Positions 55,341-63,622 of a stretch of 64,000 nt of DNA are shown one piece after another (positions within the stretch are counted from its first letter, which is position 1; each line of letters starts with the position of its first letter). The position numbers and the translations under genes were made by a program. Below the pieces are notes generated by a model that saw only the letters and a list, made by a program, of their open reading frames with translations, made no database searches and was not told where the DNA came from. Source of the DNA: a virus (Duplodnaviria; Heunggongvirae; Uroviricota; Caudoviricetes). The stretch lies in the IMG/VR virus record IMGVR_UViG_3300042894_007411; one strand, 5' to 3'.

Positions 55341-55963
55341 TTTGTATAAATTTTAAATTTAGATAAGTTGGGGTATGGAAGCTCCAAATCAGCGTTATGC
55401 TTTTTGCTACCATCGGTGTTGTAAAATTGATTCATTAACAACAAGCCCCTCGTTGCAAGTTCGGGCATCATATAGAAATTCCATCCGAGCATATCAAAAT
55501 GATCATCGTGATAACTGCACTCTCTCCTACCGCTATACCTTGCTCTTTTAAACCACAAATAAGCCTGATGATCATCGGTAAGTATTGCTCCTCCCTTGGA
55601 TAACTTAAAATGCTTGTACGGACCTGTAAACGATATGCACATATGGGTATTGGGAAGATACATATCAGCCGTAAACCTTAAAGCACTATCCCAAACCCGG
55701 CTCGGTTTGAGTTGGTATGCGCCCTTCAATGTCGTTCCTTCAACTTCTTCAAAATCCACCCTTGCCCCTGCGTGGATGATTTCGCAAGGCACGGATGGGT
55801 ATGTTCGTTCCGGGATAGTAATTGTTGTGCCTCCAACTTTCTCGTACATCAATGCTAAAAACAGTCCATTGGATTGGTTGTCTAAGCACACTGCATAAGG
55901 AGCGCCGGTGTAGTCCGCAAGGCGTTTTTCAAATTCGTTGGTAATGTCATAAACAGTTTTCAT
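55337..55963 (-). CDS. short DegT-like PLP-fold protein (truncated paralogue)
   Basis: 'CISFTGPYKHFKLSKGGAILTDD' aligns to DegT 'SFHxTKNxxxGEGGxVVTND' PLP-Lys block; only 208 aa. Confidence 0.45.
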   Translation of the reverse strand: MKTVYDITNEFEKRLADYTGAPYAVCLDNQSNGLFLALMYEKVGGTTITIPERTYPSVPCEIIHAGARVDFEEVEGTTLKGAYQLKPSRVWDSALRFTADMYLPNTHMCISFTGPYKHFKLSKGGAILTDDHQAYLWFKRARYSGRRECSYHDDHFDMLGWNFYMMPELATRGLLLMNQFYNTDGSKKHNADLELPYPNLSKFKIYTK

Positions 55964-55998
55964 CCAGATAATTTTTTTTCTTCTTGGTGAATAAAATT

Positions 55999-56640
55999 TT
56001 AAATTTTGATTTTTTTTAAATAACCATTAGGGTTGAAAGTAACATTGTAACCATAAAAATCACACCATTTTCTATCTATTTCGAATTGTGGATTTTGGGG
56101 CAAAAATTCTCCTATTGCTCTAAGAGGACCTCCGTCATAGTTTTTTTCGATGCCCATCCAATTCACAGTTCCATCTTCAACGATCATATAGGAATCTTCG
56201 CTGATTAAATCTTTGAATTTATTCATCACAGACAAAACATCGTTATATTTGTGTGACCCGTCTTCAATCAACATAATTTTTTCAAATGAGGATGCATAAT
56301 CCAAGTTGTATTCTTGATAACCTCCCAAGAATCTCTGAATTCTTGGATGTCGATTAATCAAACCCCTCTTTTCTTCGGAATTTGATAAAAAAGTTTCATC
56401 CTGAATATCCACAGTATGAACCATACCTTTACCTATATTATTTAAAATATCACCCAAATACAGGCAGGATCCTCCATAATTAGTCCCTATCTCTATTATC
56501 AAATCGGGTTTTATTTCATTAATTATCATTTGATACATTACGTAATCAAATGGGGATTTTTCAGTTATGATTCCTCTATATAAAGTTTTTAGATGTCCAT
56601 CCATGATACCATCTAAATTTAAGTTGTATGAATTGTTCAT
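55999..56640 (-). CDS. CmcI-family (cephalosporin hydroxylase-like) O-methyltransferase
   Basis: 'PDLIIEIGTNYGGSCLYLGD', 'MLIEDGSH', 'MIVEDG'. Confidence 0.65.
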   Translation of the reverse strand: MNNSYNLNLDGIMDGHLKTLYRGIITEKSPFDYVMYQMIINEIKPDLIIEIGTNYGGSCLYLGDILNNIGKGMVHTVDIQDETFLSNSEEKRGLINRHPRIQRFLGGYQEYNLDYASSFEKIMLIEDGSHKYNDVLSVMNKFKDLISEDSYMIVEDGTVNWMGIEKNYDGGPLRAIGEFLPQNPQFEIDRKWCDFYGYNVTFNPNGYLKKIKI

Positions 56641-56649
56641 TTTTTTATT

Positions 56650-57054
56650 TTAAAGATCCACTCTCATAGTATTGCACTCCCTGAAAAATCCACATCTTTC
56701 ATAGAAATTTATTCTCTCATCAAAACAGGATAGAATAACCTTATAACATCCAAGATATCTTGCTTTTTCCAATGCTTTTTGAACTAATAAATAACCAATT
56801 TTATTACCTCTAAATTTTTCTTTTACTGCTACATCCTCAATATACCCAGCTATTCCCCCGTTCCTTATTAATTTTTTTTGAATATGAAGGGTAATTGTTC
56901 CTATAATTTCTTCCCCTTCAACCGCTACAAAGTTATGATTGTTAAGCATCCACTGGTCTAAATTGTGAATTTCAATTTCTGTAATCCACCATGTTTCACT
57001 AAGGACTTTCAATAAACCTAGTTCATCTCCTTTTTGAAATTCTCGAATAATCAT
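56650..57054 (-). CDS. GNAT N-acetyltransferase
   Basis: 'IEDVAVKEKFRGNKIGYLLV' CoA-binding block. Confidence 0.65.
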   Translation of the reverse strand: MIIREFQKGDELGLLKVLSETWWITEIEIHNLDQWMLNNHNFVAVEGEEIIGTITLHIQKKLIRNGGIAGYIEDVAVKEKFRGNKIGYLLVQKALEKARYLGCYKVILSCFDERINFYERCGFFRECNTMRVDL

Positions 57055-57059
57055 GATAT

Positions 57060-58220
57060 TTATTTTTGAGATTCTAAAACTCGATCAATTACAAATTCAA
57101 TTTCTTCGTCTCTTAAATAAAGATGCAAAGGAAGACTGATGATTTTTTCGCTTGAAATTAAAGAATTGGGGTTTAGCCCAAATTGAGATTTATACATCTC
57201 ATAATTAGTATTGTCTCTATAATGAACCCCGGGATAGATTCCGTTCATATTCAAGTATTCCATAGTTTTATTTCTTTCCTCTACAATTATTTGGTACAAA
57301 TGTCTGGAAGAGATTTCCGTATAAGGAGAAACTTTAACTGATTTAATGCCAGATGATTCAAAAGCAGTTTCATAAATTTTGCAGATCTCCCTCCTTCTTT
57401 CATTATCTTCTTCCAAATATTTGAGACCTACCAAAGCCATAGAAGCCATCATAGAATTTCCATGGTATTTAAATCCGACATCTACCAGATCATATTCCCA
57501 TTTATAACTCCCTTTATCATGGGATCTCTGGTAAGTGTCTTTTGAAATTCCAAGCCAAGATAATTTTCTAGCTAAAGCGTCGTAATCCTCGTTTTTAAAA
57601 CAGATCATTCCTGAATCAGCGGTAGGGAGGTTTTTAACAGCCTGAAAACTAAAAATGGAAACATCAGCATCTAAACCAACATGGTCTTTCGAGTATCCAA
57701 CCCCAATCTCTGTTTTGTTTTTGACCCAGGTTCCGGCCATATGTGCGGCGTCTAAAATAATTTTTAGGCCTTTTTTTTTGCAAAGTTTTACTATTTCATC
57801 AAACCTACCGGCATTACCACCAATACCAACAAATAAAACAGCTTTGGTTTTTTTAGTAATTTTTGATTCAACTGACTTAGGATCTAAGCAAAGAAATTCA
57901 TCCACGTCCGCAAAAATTGGTTTCAACCTTTCGTACAAAATCGCATGATTCGAAGAAACGAAAGTTAGAGGAGACGTGATAACCTCATCTCCATCTTTCC
58001 ATTTATTTGCATCTTTCAAAATTTTCAAGGCAAGATGTAAACCTGATGTGTTAGAATTTATAAAATGCGAATGGTTGAATCCAGTGTACTTTTTCCATTC
58101 TTCTTCAATCTGCTGAGTTTTAAAACCTAAACCAGTCCAGCCCATTTCCATACATTCCTCCATTATTTCGAAAATTTCGGAAGTTCTAAATTTAGGTTTA
58201 AATAATTGAATATTTTTCAC
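57060..58220 (-). CDS. DegT/DnrJ/EryC1/StrS sugar aminotransferase
   Basis: 'FKPKF...EEEWKKYTGFNHSHFINSNTSGLHLAL', 'SFQAVKNL' PLP lysine. Confidence 0.8.
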   Translation of the reverse strand: MKNIQLFKPKFRTSEIFEIMEECMEMGWTGLGFKTQQIEEEWKKYTGFNHSHFINSNTSGLHLALKILKDANKWKDGDEVITSPLTFVSSNHAILYERLKPIFADVDEFLCLDPKSVESKITKKTKAVLFVGIGGNAGRFDEIVKLCKKKGLKIILDAAHMAGTWVKNKTEIGVGYSKDHVGLDADVSIFSFQAVKNLPTADSGMICFKNEDYDALARKLSWLGISKDTYQRSHDKGSYKWEYDLVDVGFKYHGNSMMASMALVGLKYLEEDNERRREICKIYETAFESSGIKSVKVSPYTEISSRHLYQIIVEERNKTMEYLNMNGIYPGVHYRDNTNYEMYKSQFGLNPNSLISSEKIISLPLHLYLRDEEIEFVIDRVLESQK

Positions 58221-59323
58221 AACAAATAATAATTTTTTACTAGAGCATACTTAGACAAGTTTTCTCTTTTAATTTTTATAGAATCTGTGAATTGACATGT
58301 TTCATCTCCTATATTCTGTAATTTTTTTGTAAAAACTACAGAATCCCCATCTACAAACAAATCATTCAATTTTTCTTTGTACCAAGTTCCTTTTCTCAAA
58401 ATAATTTCTCGTTTATAAAATAATTCGCCATTTTCATTTTCAATCTGAATTTCGAATTTTATTTCTTCCCCGAAAAAACCGTAGTCTACTTCCAAAAGCA
58501 ATGAACATTCACTAAGATCTTCTTTCCAAAATATCGAAGAAGTTGTTTGGGAATGTAAAGAACTAGGTCCTGGTTGTATAACTGAACTTTTTAAGTTCCA
58601 ATTCCCAATTCCAAAAAAATTATCTAATTCTTCATAATTGCAAATTAAATTGTCGTCTTGAACAAAAAGTTGTAAAATTACATCTTCACCAGAGCAATTA
58701 GGAAAATGTTTTTGATAAACTGAATTATCAGAAAAATCTATATTTGGAATTCTGTTTATTAAAATTTCATCAACGCTGAATCCGAAAAAGAATCCAGAAA
58801 ACCAACTGCTAAAATTTGGGCTATTTCTAATAAAGAAATTCCTTTTTTTTCCTAGGTCATTAAAAACCTGATTAAATTTTTCTAGGATATTATCTGGGCA
58901 TTTAAAATCACCTACAAAATAAAAAGAAAAATCATAACCTTTAGAATGAACAAATTTTATAGAGTTAAAAAATTGGGACATAATAGCAACAGACCAACCA
59001 GTGATTACTACATAATCTCTAAACATCTCGTTTCCAATAGTCATAAATTTCATATAAATTGGATTCGATATACCTTGTAAATTGTAATTTAAAATGTCGG
59101 AATCAAGGAAATGGTAATTGTTTTTCTTTTCAAAAATAAAATAAGTCGAGTTTTCAATTATTTCTGGAGTACACGGGTGATGGCTGGTAAGTAAAACATC
59201 TATGTTATTTAATTTGAATTTTTTTAAGTTCTCTAATAGAATTTTCTGTTCATCTTCTGTTTGAGGATAAGCATCAATAATAACACAAAATTTTTTTTCT
59301 GTGTAATTTTTTTTGGAGTCCAT
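58217..59323 (-). CDS. hypothetical protein, cluster member (possible glycosyltransferase)
   Basis: 368-aa ORF, ATGA overlap. Confidence 0.4.
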   Translation of the reverse strand: MDSKKNYTEKKFCVIIDAYPQTEDEQKILLENLKKFKLNNIDVLLTSHHPCTPEIIENSTYFIFEKKNNYHFLDSDILNYNLQGISNPIYMKFMTIGNEMFRDYVVITGWSVAIMSQFFNSIKFVHSKGYDFSFYFVGDFKCPDNILEKFNQVFNDLGKKRNFFIRNSPNFSSWFSGFFFGFSVDEILINRIPNIDFSDNSVYQKHFPNCSGEDVILQLFVQDDNLICNYEELDNFFGIGNWNLKSSVIQPGPSSLHSQTTSSIFWKEDLSECSLLLEVDYGFFGEEIKFEIQIENENGELFYKREIILRKGTWYKEKLNDLFVDGDSVVFTKKLQNIGDETCQFTDSIKIKRENLSKYALVKNYYLL

Positions 59324-59357
59324 TCTTTAAAAAATATTTAATTTTTCTTCCAAATTA

Positions 59358-60272
59358 TCAATTTTTCCAAGCCCATATCATGTTTCCAGTGTGGTGTGTT
59401 TGGAATCCATTTTCTGAAAAGATAAGCAACAATTGATCCGGAGGATGAATATGATATTCTAAAACTATCTTTGGTATAGACTTTAAAAATTCAGAGCTTA
59501 AGTAAGGCAAAATTTCCCATTCACATCCTTCACAGTCGATTTTCAAAAAATCTATTTTTACTCCAGATTCTCTAGCCCATTCTTCCAGAACAACTCCTTG
59601 GCAAGAAACACTTTCATCAGTATGATCAAACGAAAAAGAAACTGAATTCAAAACACTAAAGTCATGTATGTTTAATCTTAAATCTTTTTTTTCAGACCAC
59701 ACGGCTGAATTGTTAACATGAATTGGTAAATCCCCAAAATTTGTTTGTATAAAGTTTGATAATTTGGGATCTGGTTCAAAAGAGTGAACTTTAGAAGCAC
59801 CTTGTGTAATTGAAAAATAAGTGAATAAACCAATATTAGCCCCAATATCAACAACAACATCTCCAGGTTCTACTTTACAACGATCGTGGTTATATTCACC
59901 GTTAAGAAAAATCTCCCAAAGTACCAATCCGGTTGATAAGTCTTTTTTTGAAAGATTACTCCCTATATTTTTCAACTTGTTTTTTTGGTCTAAATTTCTT
60001 ACATCATGTTGAAAAACATCCGAGTAATCACAAACTTGAAGTAGGATTTCTTCAGTTTTAGAATCTTCCACTACAAAAGTCATTAATTTTGTAATTCTAC
60101 CGTCATAAGATGCCCAGTAGGAACATTTTGGAAGGACTTTCATTGTTTCCCCCCTGAAAATTAAACTAGTATATGAATCAATGAACTTAATTACAATTTC
60201 TTTTTCTTCATCAAAATGACTTGTAAAATCTATTCCGTTTCTATCTGGTAAAATGTGATTCAATGAGATCAT
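59358..60272 (-). CDS. FkbM-family methyltransferase
   Basis: 'VVDIGANIGLFT', 'FLKIDCEGCEWEIL'. Confidence 0.65.
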   Translation of the reverse strand: MISLNHILPDRNGIDFTSHFDEEKEIVIKFIDSYTSLIFRGETMKVLPKCSYWASYDGRITKLMTFVVEDSKTEEILLQVCDYSDVFQHDVRNLDQKNKLKNIGSNLSKKDLSTGLVLWEIFLNGEYNHDRCKVEPGDVVVDIGANIGLFTYFSITQGASKVHSFEPDPKLSNFIQTNFGDLPIHVNNSAVWSEKKDLRLNIHDFSVLNSVSFSFDHTDESVSCQGVVLEEWARESGVKIDFLKIDCEGCEWEILPYLSSEFLKSIPKIVLEYHIHPPDQLLLIFSENGFQTHHTGNMIWAWKN

Positions 60273-60278
60273 AATTTA

Positions 60279-61055
60279 TTATTTGTTGTTTTGTTTAAGA
60301 ACTTCTTTTTCTTTATTGAAGCAATGTAAAGAAGTGATGTGCATGGTAAAAAGTCCAGGTTTTACATTTTCCCAAGATTCGGGACTTCTCTCTTTCAATT
60401 TTTCTAGAACCCAAAAAACTTTGCGGCAAGCCATGTAAATATCGTCCCTGAAATGGCGGAGGTAGTCGCAAGACCTTATGTAATACACGATGTGTAAATA
60501 ATCTGCTCTTCTCATAAAATGATAACCGATTGTACAAGGAACTCGTTCACCGTGAACAGAACCAGTGTCTTCAGGGAACCACAAAGGAAGAAATGCCTGC
60601 CTTGTAAAAGGTTCTCTTTGTAGCAAATCGATCACATCCCCAAAGTCACCATAATGGTACCTGATACCAAACATGGTAGATTTGGGTTCTTCCGATGCAA
60701 ATTTAGGCCAGAGCCTTTCGGGATAAGTGTGAGAAAATTTCTCCTCGATTTTAAACTGGGCGTTCTTCTTTTGGTTGAAAGGCCACCATTCGTTCGAAGG
60801 TGGTGGATTTAAAGGTTGGCCCCCTATTCTTTCTTCAAAATGATCGTCCGCCCAGGGAAGATTAGGTCTGACCTCCTCGCGTAGCTCCTGAAGTGTACCT
60901 GGCACAAACATAGAGAAAGATGTATTTAAAGTTTCCCACATGTCGTCGGGAGAAGTTATACCCTGCCATCTCTCGGTCTGTACAACATATCCATAGTCGA
61001 TCAATTTTTCCTTAGCCCACTTGATGGCTTGTGAGGGCTTTTGAAATGTTTTCAA
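60279..61055 (-). CDS. divergent thymidylate-synthase-fold enzyme (pyrimidine-nucleotide C5 hydroxymethylase/methylase-like)
   Basis: 'VPCTIGYHFM' (catalytic Cys), 'YYIRSCDYLRHFRDDIY' aligns to TS 'LYQRSCDVFLGLPFNIASY'. Confidence 0.55.
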   Translation of the reverse strand: MKTFQKPSQAIKWAKEKLIDYGYVVQTERWQGITSPDDMWETLNTSFSMFVPGTLQELREEVRPNLPWADDHFEERIGGQPLNPPPSNEWWPFNQKKNAQFKIEEKFSHTYPERLWPKFASEEPKSTMFGIRYHYGDFGDVIDLLQREPFTRQAFLPLWFPEDTGSVHGERVPCTIGYHFMRRADYLHIVYYIRSCDYLRHFRDDIYMACRKVFWVLEKLKERSPESWENVKPGLFTMHITSLHCFNKEKEVLKQNNK

Positions 61056-61129
61056 TTGAAATAAATTTTGAAAATTATACAGATCAGAAACTATAAGTTT
61101 CTGTTTGATTTTATTTTATCTCAAAAATT

Positions 61130-61783
61130 TTATTGGTTCAACCAAAAAAATAATTCTTCATTACCAATCAAATTTAAATCCCTAACTCTATTTTTTTGAA
61201 AAACTTTATATTCGAAATATGGGTTGTCAAAGGGAACGAGCTCTTGTCTTCCTCTTTTAATAAGACCAACTCCCTCATCGATATTAAGAGTACAAATATT
61301 TAAGTCAGATCTAGTTGCCTTTAATTTATAAATCGTTTTCCAAACCGTTCCGTTCCATGGCTGTCCCCAATTATCCTCAACTAATCTGGTATAATTTTCT
61401 TCATACATAAATGGGTCACAATCATGCAAAACAATAACACCATTTTCTGATAAGTGATTCAAAGAATTCAATATGTCTTTTTCCACCTGATAAGAAAGAT
61501 GTAATCCATCAATAAAAATTAGGTCCCACTTATAATCAGGAGGTAAATCCAACAAATTATTTTCTAGCCTAATAAAGAATTCATCCGATGTGTATTGGTA
61601 TTTAACTGGATTTTCCTGGTACTCTAAACCTGGATCTACCCCGGATTTTTCTGGACATTGAATTAAATCGAAACAATCCCACGGGAATCTAACTCCTATT
61701 TCTAAATAGGTATTAAAATTTTTTGTTTGAATGATTTGGTTGATTACTTCAGATCTGTGCATGAATATAAACTTGTTTACCAA
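61130..61783 (-). CDS. class I SAM-dependent methyltransferase (Methyltransf_24-like)
   Basis: 'YLEIGVR', 'DLIFIDGLHLSYQVEKDI', 'GVIVLHDC'. Confidence 0.5.
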   Translation of the reverse strand: MVNKFIFMHRSEVINQIIQTKNFNTYLEIGVRFPWDCFDLIQCPEKSGVDPGLEYQENPVKYQYTSDEFFIRLENNLLDLPPDYKWDLIFIDGLHLSYQVEKDILNSLNHLSENGVIVLHDCDPFMYEENYTRLVEDNWGQPWNGTVWKTIYKLKATRSDLNICTLNIDEGVGLIKRGRQELVPFDNPYFEYKVFQKNRVRDLNLIGNEELFFWLNQ

Positions 61784-61846
61784 TTGTACTGAATTGATAA
61801 TTAAAGTTTCTTGGATACAAAAAATAGCAGGATTTAATCCTATAAA

Positions 61847-62257
61847 TTATCTATTCTTACTGCTCATTTTCCGGTACAACTTGTATTCTGGTGTTTCCTC
61901 AATGGAATCTAATTCGAATCTCTGGAAATTTCCGAACCTCATAGGTCCATTTAAATTAAACCTTTTGTGTGGTTCGACTGAATCCTCGTAAAATTGACAA
62001 ATTTGCTCGTGATATTCGGAATCTTTTTCAATAAAATATTCTTCTGGGTTGTGATAGTAGTCAAAAAGATACTCTGCCCATTCGGAGGGATTCTTTCCTC
62101 CTCCAAATTGTTCGACAAATTTTTCCATTTGGATTTCTTCATCCGTCATGCTTATACCCAAATTTTGGAAACCTGAAATCAAATCATCTAGATCTGACCC
62201 AATATCATTATTTTCATTCAAAATTGAGAACACCCAAAAGGATTTTAAATTATTCAT
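61847..62257 (-). CDS. hypothetical acidic protein
   Basis: 136-aa ORF. Confidence 0.4.
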   Translation of the reverse strand: MNNLKSFWVFSILNENNDIGSDLDDLISGFQNLGISMTDEEIQMEKFVEQFGGGKNPSEWAEYLFDYYHNPEEYFIEKDSEYHEQICQFYEDSVEPHKRFNLNGPMRFGNFQRFELDSIEETPEYKLYRKMSSKNR

Positions 62258-62282
62258 GATAAATTATATATCCATTTTTTTG

Positions 62283-62317
62283 CCCACAAAAAACCCGACC
62301 TGAATTGGGTCGGGTTT
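62283..62317 (-). terminator. rho-independent terminator (minus strand)
   Basis: Stem 'aaacccgacc/ggtcgggttt', 7-nt loop, T-run on minus strand. Confidence 0.6.
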
Positions 62318-62332
62318 TAAGCTTGTCCGGAA

Positions 62333-62491
62333 TTACTGAACTGCCGTGGTTGAATCTACAGAGGTAGTGTCCGCAGATTCAACTACTGTAGAATCCACTG
62401 TTGTCTCCTCGGAAGGAGCAGTTTCTTCTGTTGGTGTAGCACATGAGCTCAGAATCAAAGCTGAGACAAGCAAGAAAAACAAATTTTTCAT
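62333..62491 (-). CDS. small lipoprotein (52 aa) with Ser/Thr/Glu-rich tail; not in ORF track
   Basis: Translation 'MKNLFFLLVSALILSSCATPTEETAPSEETTVDSTVVESADTTSVDSTTAVQ'; lipobox 'LSSC'; terminator follows. Confidence 0.5.
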   Translation of the reverse strand: MKNLFFLLVSALILSSCATPTEETAPSEETTVDSTVVESADTTSVDSTTAVQ

Positions 62492-62561
62492 TTTTTTGGT
62501 TTTGAATTTTAAATTATATATTCATTTCGAAGAATGTTTCAATGAATTCAATATTTTTTAT

Positions 62562-62807
62562 TCAAATAGAAGAAGATCCATATTCCATTTCGAGGTAAGA
62601 CATCTCTATTTCTGCTTTTTTCTGGTCATATCCAAATTCATTCTGAATTAAATTTACACCATATTGTCTCCATTCCAAAAGCGTTTCCCCCTTCAAAGGA
62701 AAATTCAAATTCCAATAGGGATCTTTATTTAAAACTTCTTGTTTCAGATCAAGATAAATTCTGTGTCTCTCTTTTAGAGCGGCAAAAATTTTGTTTTTGT
62801 TTTTCAT
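62562..62807 (-). CDS. hypothetical protein
   Basis: 81-aa ORF. Confidence 0.35.
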   Translation of the reverse strand: MKNKNKIFAALKERHRIYLDLKQEVLNKDPYWNLNFPLKGETLLEWRQYGVNLIQNEFGYDQKKAEIEMSYLEMEYGSSSI

Positions 62808-62823
62808 TTAATTTTTGATTTTA

Positions 62824-63612
62824 TTAAAATTTTGAGGATTCGAGATATTGTCTTTTTCTTTCATTCAGTGTTTTTCTTCCTTCCGATAACCAATTTTCCT
62901 GTGCGTTTGAATTTTCATCTTTAGTTTCTGATGGATAAGTTAATGAATTAGGATGAACACGATAAACATAACTGGGATATTGAAGATATTCAATTTTTCC
63001 TCTTAGAGAAAGCTCAAAGTTCATCGGCCAGTCGGAATAAGGAAATTCTTCCATATATTTTTGAAATAAATCAGGATAATTCACAAAAAATCTAGAAGAT
63101 GAAGTAACACAGTTGTGTTGATTAGCAATAAAATCCGAAGAAGTATATTCCTCTTTTTGTAAGTGTTCAGGAGGCCCAAAAAAATAATTTCCTGTTCTTA
63201 GAGGTTCGAATTTTTTTTCATTCTCGTTGTATATTATGTAAGCCGTGAAACACATTGATAAATCTTTATTATTTTCCATAATTTCATACTGATTTTGGAG
63301 TTTGTTCGGATCTATCCAATAGTCATCAGCATCTAAATAAGCTATGTAATCACCGGTTGCCTGTTCAAGTAAAAATTTTGTATTTTGTATTTCTCCGGAA
63401 TTAGATCTAGAAAAATAGCGAAACGAAAATTTATGTCCTGGAAGTATATTTTTAAAGTACTCTAAAACTTCTAAACTTTGATCCGTAGATCCATCATCCG
63501 AAACCAGAATTTCTACGGGGAAAGAAGTTTGTTGACATAAAACGGAAAATAAACAGGTGTCCAAAAATCTACCATAATTATAATTAGGTATAATGACCGT
63601 TACTTTTTTCAT
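62824..63612 (-). CDS. GT2 glycosyltransferase
   Basis: 'VTVIIPNYNYGRFL...ILVSDDGSTDQS', 'YLDADDYW'. Confidence 0.7.
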   Translation of the reverse strand: MKKVTVIIPNYNYGRFLDTCLFSVLCQQTSFPVEILVSDDGSTDQSLEVLEYFKNILPGHKFSFRYFSRSNSGEIQNTKFLLEQATGDYIAYLDADDYWIDPNKLQNQYEIMENNKDLSMCFTAYIIYNENEKKFEPLRTGNYFFGPPEHLQKEEYTSSDFIANQHNCVTSSSRFFVNYPDLFQKYMEEFPYSDWPMNFELSLRGKIEYLQYPSYVYRVHPNSLTYPSETKDENSNAQENWLSEGRKTLNERKRQYLESSKF

Positions 63613-63622
63613 TTTTAAAAAA

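Noticed and set aside
62346-62651. Plus-strand 101-aa ORF from the track
   Set aside because: It has low-complexity Ser/Val/Thr content and is antisense to a minus-strand ORF. That ORF has a textbook lipoprotein signal peptide followed by a terminator, and it is co-oriented with all its neighbours.
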